64,000 nt of DNA, from positions 15,686,001 through 15,750,000 of the forward strand of contig CM022675.1 in the NCBI GenBank assembly GCA_012295275.1. The letters are read 5' to 3'. Source of the DNA: Chrysomallon squamiferum (lineage: Eukaryota > Animalia > Mollusca). Shown piece after piece: positions 46,445 to 61,774 of the stretch. The position numbers were made by a program, and so were the translations under genes. Under the pieces are notes generated by a model. That model did not search any database and was not told where the DNA came from. It was given only the letters and a program-made list of their open reading frames with translations. Each line of letters opens with the position of its first letter. Position 1 is the stretch's first letter.

Positions 46445-46650
46445 ATGTATGTATAGAGTTTTAGAATATTCTCTGTCTTATGTACTTCAGATCAGATTCT
46501 GCACACAGACAATATTCACACTGGCGCAGGAGGACAAAGTCCAATCACGACGTCACAAACTTGTCAGATGCCGCTGACGAGACTCGAACCTATGGCACCC
46601 ATTCGCCCGCGCGCCTATGGGGGACGACATTATCGTTCGGCTATCAAGAC
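46445..46650 (-). mobile_element. Probable tRNA-derived SINE, copy 2 (most complete)
   Basis: On the minus strand: A-box-like TAGCCGAACGA (46643-46633), B-box GGTTCGAGTC (46590-46581), tRNA-like 3' end CTCGTCAGCGGCA, a body shared with 11655-11750 and 57160-57260, and a TACA-type tail. Confidence 0.75.
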
Positions 46651-48629
46651 AGCCATGTATGTTCGTCTGATAGTCCGTATCTTTTGTCAAAATTATCAGT
46701 CTTCAATCATCTTGTATCAGTTCTGCTGCATTTTGCCGTAGGAAGAAGAAACATTTGTGTGTAATAAAACAGCCAAGTTAGGAGTTTTATTGTTTTACGT
46801 GCCTGGGCAATGTCTGTGGAGCAGATGAAGCTTGTGTTTATGTAGCTTTTATTTCACAAGTGCAGAAACAAGGTGAAACGTGTTTTCAAAGGAAAAAAAG
46901 AAAAGAAAAACGTCTCGGTTATCACTGTACAAGAGAACAGACAAAGTCTTCAAAGCTGAGTTAATGTCAGAAACAGTTTAAGGCAGATGACACAAACCCA
47001 CAGATAGCTGGATTTCATCTGGTTCATTAAGATAAAAACGAAGAAAAGAAGAAAAAAAAAAGAGACAGAAAACGTGAATCTTTTAGCTGCAGTGATCTCT
47101 ATGAATGTTTAGTCGACTTTTGGAGCGAAAATAATTTGGGTCGTTAATCGAAACGTCTATTTTTACCATCAAAATATTTTCAGTCTCAAACTTTGTTTTA
47201 TAATTGTTGTTGTTGCTGTTGTTTTTGTTATTATTTTTTGTTGTTGTTGTTGTTATTATTATTTGGTTGTTCTTATTGTTGTTATTATTGTTGTTGTTAT
47301 TTATGTTATTGTTAGTAATAGTATCTTTTATTCTATTTTTATGTTGTTGCTGCTGTTTATTGTTATTATTATTATTGTTGTTGTTGTTGTTATTATTATT
47401 GTTGTTGTTGTTATTATTATTATTTATTGATTAATTAGTTAATTAATTAAGTTTTGTTGATAAACTAGTATATAATAGTATATAATATGAACATCTGTAT
47501 TAGATGTGTATCATCTCGGCTTAATGTATGTCATCGACTTCAACACACAACACAGTTACTACAGCTTACATCGTCTGCTACATAATTTCAGCAACAACGA
47601 CAACAGAAGGAAAGAAGATATTTAGGTAAAGAAATCGGATATAAATGTTTATTCATCACCTGAACGCACAGATTAGTCTGGGAGAAAATCGTGTACAAAC
47701 AAAGGCTAATTATAAAACACGATTGGCTTTGTCCGCATTTTTGTCGTTGCAACTCGCAGATTATTCAGGACGCGAAATCCGGCAAATTAGAGTCGTCTAC
47801 CCTTTGTGTACTTTAAAACAAATGATAATACAACAGCAGAACTGTTTCCTAGTTTGTCCTTTCTCTTTGTCTGTCTCTCAAGTTGTCTTTCTATTTCTTT
47901 CTGTCGCTCATTATCTCTTTCTTTCTTTCACTCTTTTTCTCAACGTTTGTCATTGTTATTCTTTCTTCTGTTTTCTTTCTCACTGACTTTCTCTGTCTCT
48001 CTTTCTTACTCTTTCTTTTTTCTCTCTCTCTCTTTCTCTGAGTTTCGTTCTCTCTCTCTTTCTTTCTCTCTCTCTTTGTTACTCTTTAATTTCTCTCTCA
48101 CTCTTACTCTCTCTCTTTTTCCATCCCTACCTTAATTTTTCCCTCCCTCTCTCTCTCCCATTTCACTTACTCTCTTCCTCCCCCTCTCCCACTGATGATG
48201 TAGATCGACCATAATAACTGTGTCAGTAAATGTAAACAGAAGCAGAAAGGATCTCGTTCTGTTACACAAACAATGTTTGTTCAGGTCTGGTTTACTTGTA
48301 GATGCTTGCACCTAAATATGAAGTCAACTTGGTGTATGCTGGTACAAACAACATCTCTGTGTTTTCTTAGCATATGGCATGGCTAGATACATAACACCAG
48401 CTACGTTTCATATAAAACAGAGAAATATTTCACTGTATATCTGTGTTATCTCATCCACACTGGAATAATAAGACGTCTTTTGTATCTCTGTATGTGTGTA
48501 TATGAGTTTGTTTTTATGTGCTTACGTGAGTGTTTGTGTGTATTCTCTTTATGTGTGTCGTATATGTAGGTGTGTATGTTTGTGTGTAGGTATTTCTGTG
48601 TCTCTGTATATATGTATATACAATTATGT

Positions 48630-48765
<136 letters not shown>

Positions 48766-49214
48766 TATCTCAGAGAACTAAGTAATTAATCTGTTAACGT
48801 ATGAATCATAAAGTCATTAACATATCAACTGAATAACCTTTCACTGATTAACTAATTAGCAGGTTAATCGTGGAGAAATCATAGGAGTAATATGACGAAC
48901 AAATTAGAAAATGTTAATAGCCCTGATCACAGTACAAAACAAAAAATAAAAATAATAATAAAAATAAAAATAAAAATGTAATTAGATGAATTTAAATAGA
49001 ATCTAATAAATGCAGAAACACACATACATACAAGCATACCTACACACACCTACCTACATACATACATACATACATACATACATACTTACATACATACACA
49101 CATACAACTTTTCTAAAGATACTGCACTATATATATATATATATATACACACATAAATATTATATAAAAATATATATATGTATCTATCTATCTGTCATCT
49201 AAACATCCATCTAT

Positions 49215-49254
<40 letters not shown>

Positions 49255-49409
49255 CACACACACACCTATGTATGTATATATATAACTATATATATTTTAT
49301 ATATATATATATATATATGTATAATCTTATAACACACAATATTTATCACGTACATATGTAAAAAAGTGACACATGTAATACACATGTTTACAGAGCAAAC
49401 CGCACAAGA

Positions 49410-49488
49410 AAGACAGGTACATATAAACACAAAACAAAGACAGGTACATATAAACACAAAACAAAGACAGGTACATATAAACACAAAA
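49410..49488 (+). repeat. 27-bp tandem repeat AAGACAGGTACATATAAACACAAAACA, 3 copies
   Basis: Unit starts at 49410, 49437 and 49464. Confidence 0.9.
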
Positions 49489-49802
49489 GAAATAACACAA
49501 TGAGAACGCTCACAGACACAGCTAAATTAACTTCAAAGACGTATGAATGAGAATAATGAAAAATAAAAATAAAAGTTTTATGTGATCCTGTTGCACACAC
49601 TCTAGTGTTTCATTACTGCGTGGTCCACGTGTGTGCCGCGGACGTTGTTCAGTGGTTGATGAGTTGTTGTGTCGACTGAGATGATGTTATTCAGGTGGGA
49701 GCTTTTTAATATCGACAGATGTACGTAATTGAATACGCTTCAGTAAACACTCTGGATTCTATATCTCTGTAATATATCAGGAAATCAGAAGAGAATCGAT
49801 AC

Positions 49803-50073
<271 letters not shown>

Positions 50074-52876
50074 ACGAATGTGCATGTATCTATGTGTACA
50101 TAAAGTATGTTACATTTGTATACATTACATTTACAGGACAAATGCTATGAGTGTATAACTACCTGAGTTTGTGTGTTTTTGTATGTGTATGTGTTTATGT
50201 ATAAAAGCATATGAAAATATCTGTTATAAATAAATTTGTAGTTAATTTTGTGTATTTTTACAAGTCAAAAACCCAAATTTGTATTCAGGTATAAATGATA
50301 AATAGTGTCCAGAATTTACTTGTAATTAAATTTAAAACGAAAACGACAACAATACCCCTCCCCCCCAAGAAACCCACCCGACACCTCACGAACGTATAAT
50401 AGTGTGCATTAAATGTTTTATGAAAATGTAGTACAATAATGTGATAATCACAATACTTAAGAGTCACGACCTGATACTATAAATAAATAAATAAATAAAT
50501 AAACAAATAAATAAATCTTCCAATCACTGTGCGGTGTGCAATGAAGAGTAAAATTTAAATCCTTGTCACTCATTGTGTTTTCAACAACGTCCGCGTTTGA
50601 CGAGTTTAATTATTTCTTGGTGATGATAAAAAATATAATTTGTAATAAATAAACATATTTATTTAATGCTATAGCTAAATACATTTAATAATATAAATAC
50701 ACCTCCAACATAGAATTAATTTTCTTTTGATATGATTATTTATGTACAATTTACTGTTGATTTCAAGCCTTAATTCACTAAAGAACATAACTCCAGTGTC
50801 ATAATTGATTATTTATTTATGTACATCCAACATTTAATCCTTCTTACGTGTATTTCATTCAAACATATCAATAACAAATTAACCATCTCGGTGTCTTGAT
50901 ACACATCTAGATCATGATGGTGTCAAATCTATGCATATTTAATATACGTGTCTGATTATATTTCCAGTGTGACAAGTTATACGAAACAGAAAGGATAAAT
51001 TATTAACTCGTGACGCTGTTTTCAGTCGTTGTATCAATCGGATCGTAGGCACAGTGAACTTGATAACAAAATGACTTCGTTTTAAATGTACTGAATGATA
51101 GTTTCATGGATGATAAGCAGTGTATGAAGAGTAAAAACAGAGCTTTAAACCACGTAAACACAGCATTTGGTTACAGGGTGTTTAGATACAGATTTTTAAA
51201 ACGTGTGTCTAACTTTACGTTCAAACTATTGCGTGATAAACGATATTCATCAACTCAGATCTAACCAGTCAGGCAAGCTCGAGACAAGACAAGATGAGGA
51301 TTTTCAAAACAAGTGAAGCTTAGGATAAAAAAACGAAAAGAAAAAGGAAAGAATAAGACACTAATGATCTAGACTGAACTCAGTTACTGATACTGAAACA
51401 ATTTTCACAGGAGTAAACCTAGTTCAGATTTAATGGGTTTCTTCATGACAAAGTGATAGTGTTAGAGTTTTCAATTTTATCAGTGCTAATGTTACATGTC
51501 TACGTTTTCCATCTTATCAAAAGTTATTTCTCGCATTACCCAGTCAGACTGACTCAGAACAACTACACGTTTTACACAAGACTCTCAGACGACGACATAC
51601 ACAGCAGCACACTGGGCTACTCCCAACCAACTCCACGTAGCACCAGCTACACAGGACGAAATAGGGGAGTAAGAAGAAGGAACTAACGAGTGAATGAATG
51701 AATAAACGAATGAACAAACTGATACAAGAAAAAGTAACGGAATGAGTAACAAAATAATTAACGAGTAAATGATTGAATGAAAGAATAAATGAACGAACGA
51801 AGGAATGAAAGGAGGAATTAAAGAATGAATAAAGTTTTGAAATACTAAAACACTTTTTAATAATAAGGGTTGTAGATGTTAAAAACGTGTCTGCTATAAT
51901 GACTATACTAAATAAGAAACCCGCTGAATCCACAAAAATTGATCTATAAGCAATGATTCCTATAGAGATAACACGTGTATCATTTCCTTTAATAAAGCTT
52001 TCATCAATCCCTGGTTGGAACGGGAAATTACAAGGGAGACAAATATCCTTCTACGCATTAAACTTCAAGGAAAGTACCTGTCCACTGAAAAACACAGTTG
52101 TTCATAGTTTTGTTCATGACAGTGCGTTTATATTTACATTCTTTATGTTGCTATTCATTCAGTTAAAGCAAAATAATTTCTTTTGTTTGCTCTCGGAGAA
52201 ACAACAAAAAATATTTTATAGGTAATAGAGGCAGCATATTAAGAAGAAAAAATATACTCAATAAAAAGAAGAGGGAACGTTTCTCTACAGGTTTCAGATT
52301 AAGGGCGACAACGTTTGGCACTTAACTTAAAGCGTCCCATTAACGCAAGTAATGTAATGATAATAAATATAAACCAGTGATGGCTTTTCTTCCATTTCCT
52401 ATTAATAAATGTAATTTGAAAAACGAAGAAAACAGTTTTTAATGATTTACGCTGTACCAAAAATATTTATGTATAAACAAACACCTTTCCTCAATAAAGA
52501 AAATCTCAAAGCTTGTTTTAGTAACAAAAACAAATAAATATAACACATTAGCAAAACTCGTAAAACATAAATTAATTGTTATTAGTAAAAACTCGGTTTA
52601 TGACTGTAGGATCTATAAAGAAAACTAATTTACCAGAAGTGAAATTTCATTACCTCGTATTTTTCAGGGAAAAGTTATGAATCTTGCCGGAATATGGCGA
52701 TCTTATTAATAATTCGATTTCTGCATGTGTTACAATCTGGAAATGTGTTACATGTGAAAATGTAATATAAACAGAGAAACAAACAAACAAATAAATAAAT
52801 AAAATACGAAAGAAACAATAAAAGAAAAATAAGAAATATAAAATAAAAAAAAAATATAAAATAAAATAAAATAAAA

Positions 52877-52908
<32 letters not shown>

Positions 52909-54310
52909 ACCAATGGAAAAAAATAAAAAAATAAAGAAATATGTAAATAAATTAATAAAAACTAATTATAATATATGAGACAGATGATAGATATTTAAAC
53001 AGATAACTAGACAGATGGATGTATGGATGTTTAATTGACAGAGAAACAAAGAAAGACAGAAAGAAAGACAGAAAGATAGACAGACAGACAGACAGACAGA
53101 GAGAAAAGTAGACAGACGCACAAATATGATGCTAGGCTTAGAGACAGACGGACAGAAAGTCCAACAGAAAGAAAGTTTTAAGAAGAAGACAACAGAAAAA
53201 CACTTCTCAGTGTCGAGGTTTTGTAACCACCAAAGTTTTTGTTGACACTGGGTCGCAAATTTGAAATATTAAAAAAAAAAAAAAAAAGGAGGTAAAAATC
53301 AACACTATTATTAGAAACAGAACATTATGCTAAACATCGATCAGAAGCAATTTACAAGACCAAAAAAATCTTGTAATATTCCCTAGATCATGATCTTCCT
53401 CGGGACAATCTCGACTTTATTCATGCCAAAGTTACTGTGATAATTCGCTTGATTGCGGCAATGAGACATTCGCGTGACGGAGTTAATTCCCCTTGTCATC
53501 TCCTTCCGTTGTTGTCAAAAAGAGATCGCAGATAGAGACTTAAACGCTATTTACACACGCAACAGCTTTCCACTACAACATAAGCGTTGCTCCGGAAGTC
53601 CTAAGCCGTCACGTGGCCTGCAGGCATGTTTAGGAGAACGTCACTTCAAGTAGACAATCTAAAAACCAATTTGGTTCTCAAGCACAGAGGGGGAATTTAC
53701 AACGTCGAGTATTTATTATTTTTCTTTTTAATTTAAGATGATGAATACGGTAATTAGTTAACCGAAGAGACATGTTTCGACCAAAAATAAAACAGAAAAC
53801 GAAAAAAAAAAACAAAACAAAAAAAATACAAATTGAAAAACTCCATAGAGAGAATGAGAGGCATGTGATACATTTCTTTTAATGTAAAGATAACATTTTT
53901 GTTTTTATTACTAATTTTTATTTTATTTTTATTTATTTTTTTAATAACTAAAAGCATTAATTTTAATTAACAGGTGTGACTTCATTTGCCTTTGATCTGA
54001 ACAATAAGCTACGATACACATTAAACTTTTGACACCCCAATAAATAAACGTTTGACAAAAAGAAGCTTTCTCTGCACTAGGCATCAGAAATACGTTAAAG
54101 ATAATGAGTGATTAGACCAAGTCTTTTTAATGCTGCCCCGTTTCCTTGCTTAGACATGAACACCTTTTATTCACGCTGTTAAGAGTTATTGCCAACAATT
54201 AACTCTCCTGACGCCGGAGGTGAGAATGATATAGATATGAGTTGCTACAAAAACGAGAACATCTGAAAAATGAAACAGGATTTTTTATTCAGTTTTCGTT
54301 TGTTCATGTT

Positions 54311-54373
<63 letters not shown>

Positions 54374-55044
54374 TTTGTTTGTTTGTTTGTTTGTTTGTTT
54401 ATATCTTTTTTCAACCGTTTCTAGCTAGAATTTTGTTTTCTTTCACATATGATGATGATCATCATCATTGTCATCATCATTACTGTCATCATCAGTTACT
54501 GCCATCATCAATGCTGTTGTTGATTATTATAATTGTTTGCTTTATTGTTTATTTTGCTGCTTATCATAATCGTCATCGTTATCATCATCATCATCATCAT
54601 CATCATTGTCATCATTATTATTACTAAATCACATTACTGAGGATAGAATATATTTAAAAAAAACGAAGACGTTAGAAGTGATAATAAAAACAAAGAATTA
54701 CATTTTTTTCATATACAGTAACTTAAGCTAACAAAACCTTAGATTACTGTTTCAGAAAAGAAACCCGTACAGACGAATGTTATCGTGTTGAAAAGTGCTA
54801 CCAGAATTTTTAAACAAATATTTTCAGTTCAGGAAAGGACCTCTGAAGTTACGGAATGAATGAATATCACGAAACGCGACAACACTTTACAGTTGAAGAA
54901 ACGGGTTTAGGACAGGAGAAGATGAATTCACCTTTTAAATGCTGTTCACCAATGAAGAGGTTTTAATGCTATTAATGACTAATACTATCCTATTCACAGC
55001 AGTTACATGGCGACTTGTTTTTTTGTTAATCTGCAGGAACATTG

Positions 55045-55275
55045 TGACAGGCTACAAGGACACGTATGACATAGACTATAAGGAAACGTATGACATAGGC
55101 TACAAGGACACGTATGACATAATCTATAAGGACACGTATGACATAGGCTACAAGGACACGTATGACATAATCTATAAGGACACGTATGACATAGACTACA
55201 AGGACAGGTATGACATAGGCTGCAAGGACATGTATGACACAGGCTGCAAGAACATGTATGGCACAGGCTGCAGGA
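55045..55275 (+). repeat. Minisatellite, 24-bp unit GACATAGGCTACAAGGACACGTAT, about 9.5 copies
   Basis: Period of 24 bp; translates in one frame as YKDTYDI(G/D/I). Confidence 0.94.
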
Positions 55276-55853
55276 AAACTCAGTTGACCTATATATGATT
55301 TATTTTTCAAGAAGATTCTTATTTTATTATCACAGAATGGGGTCAGCTGATGGAACATAGCGTTACAAAATTATTTCCAGTCGTAAGAAAGTGACAGCAG
55401 GAGTCCAGACAAAACGCTATTAAAAATTTAAATTCAGATGACTAACAGTATCCGATATCAGCAGTTTCACCGAGACGGCTAAACGGACAAAAATTCGTGT
55501 TTATTACGAATATATCCAGATACACAGACATCAGTCGATCTCTGTGTACAAATACAATTACTGTTTATAATGTGTTGATGTTTCAGTCCGATTTACCCTT
55601 CTGGTCATCGTTTCTGGACAGTGTCCATATATATTAATTACCAGTATTACCATTCTGACCATTTTATCTCCAGCTGTTATTGTTTAACACACGCACGTAC
55701 GTTTAAACGCACAGACAAAGACATTCACTTATTCAGATTCGTGAATCAAAAATGGTCTTTAGGTATTTTTTAATAAATCGACGATGCATTCTAAGATTTA
55801 GTCTTTTGTCTGTTTGCTACAAAGAAAACAATAGATGTAAGACTTTCACTTTC

Positions 55854-55886
<33 letters not shown>

Positions 55887-55887
55887 C

Positions 55888-55921
<34 letters not shown>

Positions 55922-56393
55922 TAATAATAATAACGACAACAATATTATTAATGACAACAGCACCAGCAGCAACAACAACGATACAAAACATATTTCTGTA
56001 ATGAAAATTAACGTGAAGAGCTTCGCACATGCACATCATTACAAGTATGGAAATAACGCGACAATTTCACAATTCTCGCGAGACTTCGTGAACGACAGAA
56101 ACAAGCGTCAACAACAGTTACTGTAACCGACTTATGACATACCAACGTCCACGTGTGAACTTGCTGGCGTCGTTGCCGTGGTGACGACGTGGTGCCAGGG
56201 GAGACTGTTACAGTAAGCTCATCAAAACACACGCCTTTCCTGTCTCCCCTCTCTACATTATTGAATCATGGCCCGTCCCCCCGGGAGTAAGCTAATTACT
56301 TTTTGAAGCATAAATGTTATAACAGTGTTTTGTATTGTTCTACAGCCAGCTGGAAATGAAGGGGAATGGATCTACGTGTGGACAGATATATGG

Positions 56394-57070
56394 TGTGTAT
56401 GTATGTATGTATGTATGTATGTATGTATGTATGTATGTATGTATGTATGTATGTATGTATGTATGTATGTATGTATGTGTATGTATGTGTGTGTGTATGT
56501 ATGTATGTGTGTATGTATGTATGTATGTATGTATGTATGTATGTATGTATGTATGTATGTATGTGTATGTATGTATGTATGTATGTATGTATGTATGTAT
56601 GTATGTATGTATGTATGTATGTGTATGTATGTATGTATGTGTGTATGTATGTATGTATGTATGTGTGTATGTATGTATGTATGTATGTATGTGTGTATGT
56701 ATGTATGTGTGTATGTATGTATGTATGTATGTATGTATGTGTGTATGTATGTATGTATGTATGTGTGTATGTATGTATGTATGTATGTATGTATGTATGT
56801 ATGTATGTATGTATGTATGTATGTATGTATGTATGTGTGTGTATGTATGTATGTATGTATGTATGTGTGTATGTATGTATGTATGTATTATGTATGTATG
56901 TATGTGTGTGTGTATGTATGTATGTGTGTATGTATGTATGTATGTATGTATGTATGTAGGTAGGTAGGTAGGTAGGTAGGTAGGTATTATTGTATGTATG
57001 TATGTATATATGGATGTGTGTATGGATGGATGGTTGGATAAATGGATGGATGGATGGATGGATGTATGGA
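56394..57070 (+). repeat. About 560 bp (TATG)n tract followed by (TAGG)n and (GGAT)n
   Basis: Directly visible; lies just 3' of the minus-strand SINE copy 3. Confidence 0.96.
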
Positions 57071-57139
57071 TGAATTAATTAAAGGATGTACACGGTGTAC
57101 ATGTCTGTATATGCATGTATATTGGATTACACGTGTTGT

Positions 57140-57346
57140 ATATGTATGTATACGTGTATTTTTTAGAATTTTTAATATTCTTATGTACTTCAGATTAGAC
57201 TCTGCACACAGACAATATTCGGGAACGCACTGGCGCAGGAGGACAAAGTCCAATCAAGACCTCACAAACCCGTCAGATGCCGCTGACGAGACTCGAACGT
57301 ATGGCACACATTCGCGGACGACGACACATCACAGCTACGGAGACAA
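57140..57346 (-). mobile_element. Probable tRNA-derived SINE, copy 3
   Basis: Shares TCTGCACACAGACAATATTC, CACTGGCGCAGGAGGACAAAGTCCAATCA and GTCAGATGCCGCTGACGAGACTCGAAC with 46498-46590. B-box-like CGTTCGAGTC at 57299-57290; the head is partly deleted. Confidence 0.75.
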
Positions 57347-57372
57347 CATTTAGCACGTAGGAAAATAGAAAC

Positions 57373-57605
57373 AGATGAACGCCGACCGAAAAGTCATTTG
57401 AAAATTAATTACGAGCCGCACTGCTAGAAATTAGAAACTTTCATACGATATGTGCACCGTCTAAACGTTACAAATGGAAAATGGGTTTTTCCTTATTTGT
57501 TTTTTTTTTGTTGTTTTGTTCTCTGTGTTTTTATTCCTTTTTCTGTGTCGTCTGATTTAAACACATTACTGCTTTCTATTAATGTACTGGCGTTAGTATT
57601 GTTCT
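57373..57605 (+). repeat. Dispersed repeat B, copy 2
   Basis: Near-identical to 31338-31572 and likewise followed by TATG/TG-rich simple sequence. Confidence 0.93.
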
Positions 57606-58064
57606 ATGTTTGTGTGCATGTATGTACGTGTAGTTTATATGTGTGTTGTGTATACGTGCATATCTACATGTATATACGTGTTTATGTATGTACGCATATA
57701 TGTATGTATGCATGTATGTTTGTATGTATGTGTGTGTGTGTATGTTTGTATGTATGTAAAAATGTATGTTTGTATGTGTGTGTGTGTATGTATGTATGTG
57801 TGTGTGTATGTGTATGTATTATTTATGTATGTACATATGTCTCTGTATAAATATGAATATATGTGGATATTTTTGCGTGCCTACAACTGAGTGTGTCTGT
57901 ATATATGTATGAAGATATAAATGTGGTTAGAGTGAATAAATGGTTTGTATGTATGTGTAAATTTTTATAAGAAAGTACGTTGAAGTTGCTTCTGTTTCTA
58001 ATAACACGGACTAATCGATAAAGTAAAGTTATTTTTGTGGATTCATGTATATTAATTGTAACAG

Positions 58065-58219
<155 letters not shown>

Positions 58220-58258
58220 CGTCTTTCCCCTCTCTCTCTCTCTACCTCTATCTGTTTT

Positions 58259-58294
<36 letters not shown>

Positions 58295-59076
58295 CATACT
58301 GTAATCGTAACAAATTAAGAGATATGCCACAGTACGTCTGCTAGCAATAAATCAACGCCATTACTTTTACTGAAAACGTATCTCATCTCTAATTCACATC
58401 ATCTACAGAGTCGTAGCAATAATTCCAACTTACAGAAAAACAAATGGAGTTTCACTGCAGTATATTAGAAAACAGTTCTGTATATCAGTTACAAAGAAGA
58501 TTTTGGTTTTAAATGAGACAAACGTGGAAGACTTACATTAAAACAACACCAGAAGATTTCCTCTTGTCCTCTCTGGTAGCGTCTGCTTCTAAATGTGCAC
58601 ATTTCTACGCGAGTCACGTGATCAGCGAAACAGCATGACCGTGCAGTCAGTGTGCAGCAGATAGTTTTATGACGTCTTTAATGACCAGTGACAAACGACG
58701 AAGATTCGTCTGCTGCTGAGTTACGTCTGCGATTAGCATAGCGGGACGGGACGAGTCCGGTTATTTCTGAAACCTCATTCCTAGCCGCGTTTTATGTCTG
58801 ATTTTAACGGGCGGAATTCTGTAAGAGCCGCGGTCATTTGTTCTCCTTAAAGATTGATTTAAGAAATAGTCGGGCCAGATATTGCATTATCTGCTAGAGA
58901 GATTGCTGTTTGATACCCCCAGTGCATACAGAACGCTGAGGAAATAAAAAGATAATTTTAGAATGAGCAAATGTAGCAAGACGGTGAATTCTGTTTCATG
59001 TTCTTCTGTCATTTCGTCAGATTTTCTCACAGCAAAATACACAGCAAAAGTTTCATTTCACAATACTATATACTAA

Positions 59077-59129
<53 letters not shown>

Positions 59130-59300
59130 TAATAATAATAATAATAATAATGATAATAATAATAATAATAATAAAAAAAATAAAAATAATAATAATAATA
59201 ATAATAGTAGTAGTAGTAGTAGTGGTAGTAGTAGTAGTAGCAGCAGCAGCAGCAGTAGTAATAATAGTAGTAGTAATGACAATAACAATAAGTAATAATA
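59077..59300 (+). repeat. (AAT)n(GTA)n(GCA)n compound microsatellite
   Basis: Directly visible. Confidence 0.93.
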
Positions 59301-59927
59301 GTGTGACCTAAAACAAACTGTTAATACTGAAACACAAGTAATATTAATTCACGAATATAAAATACGTTCTGTATGCACCAGGCGGACTTCAGTGCAGCTG
59401 TTTACAGTGCAGTAACAACAGAACTCGTAAAATCTCTCATTTTTACTGTTACGTCACCAGTCTAACAGTTAACATTAACAGTAATGTGCGTTTAATAACA
59501 GCACGGCAGACCGGAATGTTTACAGAGGGAAATAATAATGAAATAAATAAAAAAAAAAAATGAATTACAGAAAGTAGGTGGGTGAGAGATAAAAAAAAAA
59601 AAGATTTGGGTCGATATGAAAACATAAACCCAGAACAAACAAGAAACAAGAAGAGTGTCATTTAATCTCAGTTGGTTATTTTGGCATGAAAAAATAATAA
59701 ATTTGATCTGTGTTTGTCTTGTGCTGCAAATGTCAACGGAAGCTGGGGTACGTAACAGCAGTTTAGCAGCCATTAGTAACCCAGTGACGGCTCAGATTGC
59801 AAACTGCTTGTTTTGTTTGACTCCGTTCTTGTGTTCGGTGTATGTTTGTATGTGTGTCTGTTTTTGTGTCTGTATGTGTGTATGTGTGGGTGAGAGAGAT
59901 TAAAGATTTAGAAAGTGAATGTGCGAG

Positions 59928-60241
<314 letters not shown>

Positions 60242-60603
60242 ACATTTGCGTTAGTTAAGTTCACGTTTGTGTCAGTTAAATTACTGAACTTTCATCTTCT
60301 TGTGCCTCAGTCGCTTTACGTGTTTGAAAATTAATATGCAGATGTATTTTAGAGACGACCACGATGACGAGGTCAATGAGGATAATTAAGATGACATTGA
60401 TAATAATTACTAGAATAATTGTCACTATGATGGATTTGAAAATTATAGACTCCATATTTGTCATGCTGCAGAAGATCATTCTTTCTTTGAAGATTTGTCA
60501 GATTATTTTCTTTCAAACTATATTTATTATATATGAAGAGAAAAGCCACGTAGTATCACTATAATATTAAAATGTGCAGAGTCATTTTTCAATAAATATT
60601 CAT

Positions 60604-60655
<52 letters not shown>

Positions 60656-61774
60656 CAAATGACGAAAACAATCAAAAACAACCAAACAAAAATGAACACA
60701 AAACAAAACAAAACAAAGGTAAAAAAAGAAAAAAAAAAAAAAGAACTGCAAATGTTGAACGCATTATAACAGGTTCAGAAAGAAATACTTGTAAATTCCA
60801 GTCATCGAGAAAGAATGTTTGAGAGGAAACCGTCAACATAAACTGAGAATGTCGCGTTGTGTAACCTAAGCGTGTAATCCTGACAGCCGACAAAGGTTAA
60901 CACAAGTCTGAGAGTCATCAGAGCTGCAAGCACGCCATTACAGCCCATCGAGGGGATCACAGACGTCAGCGGAGCAGAGAGCGCGCGTTCAGAGTGGAAG
61001 CAGACGACGTCGTGACACACAGAAACAACGATCACTTCGGCTGGACAGAGGAAAACCCTCGTTATCAGCTTCTTTAAAAACAAGGAGAAGGAGATGATGA
61101 TGATCATCATCATGAATAAGAAGGTAATGAATAAGAAGATAATGAATAAGAAGATAATGAAGAAGAAGATAATGATGATGAAGAAAAAGAAATAAGTAGC
61201 AAGAGCAGGAGAATAAAAAAATTAAAAAAAAAATGATAACTCAAGAAAAATGAAAATGAAGAAGAAAAAACAAGAAAAAAAGAAAACAAAAATGAAAGAA
61301 AGGAAAAACGAAGAAAACAACAAGAAAAAAATTAGAAAGAAAATGAAACTGAAGGGAACTGGAAGAACAAGAAGATATGAACTCTAACAATTATTTCCAT
61401 TTTTTTTTTTAATTAAAAAAAAAACTTAAATCATATATTTTAGTTTCTGCTCGTCATGGCAATTAAGGGCGATTTACAAAACAAACTGTTTTTGTCTGAG
61501 CTTTGACATAATTGTCCTTAAACACGAGTGAAAATGTCAATAATGAAATCCCCTGTGTCTTAGCTGATCGAGATAATAAAAAATTAAATATATTTTCCAT
61601 TTTTATACCCACAGGACAGTGATTTTGTAGCACACTTGTCACAAAATACTAAAAATTTAATAAAAACTCCCGAGTTGTAGGTCAGGATCAAGCGAGAAGA
61701 GCTGAAGTTCAGAACATCCCCGCCTACACGCTCCGAGTTAATTGTTACACTCTCAAATATCACCATTAGGATCT

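Noticed and set aside
46570-46650. Functional tRNA gene on the minus strand
   Set aside because: A- and B-box-like motifs are present, but the T-stem and acceptor stem pair poorly and there is no clear anticodon arm. It continues into a body shared with two other copies, which fits a SINE head.
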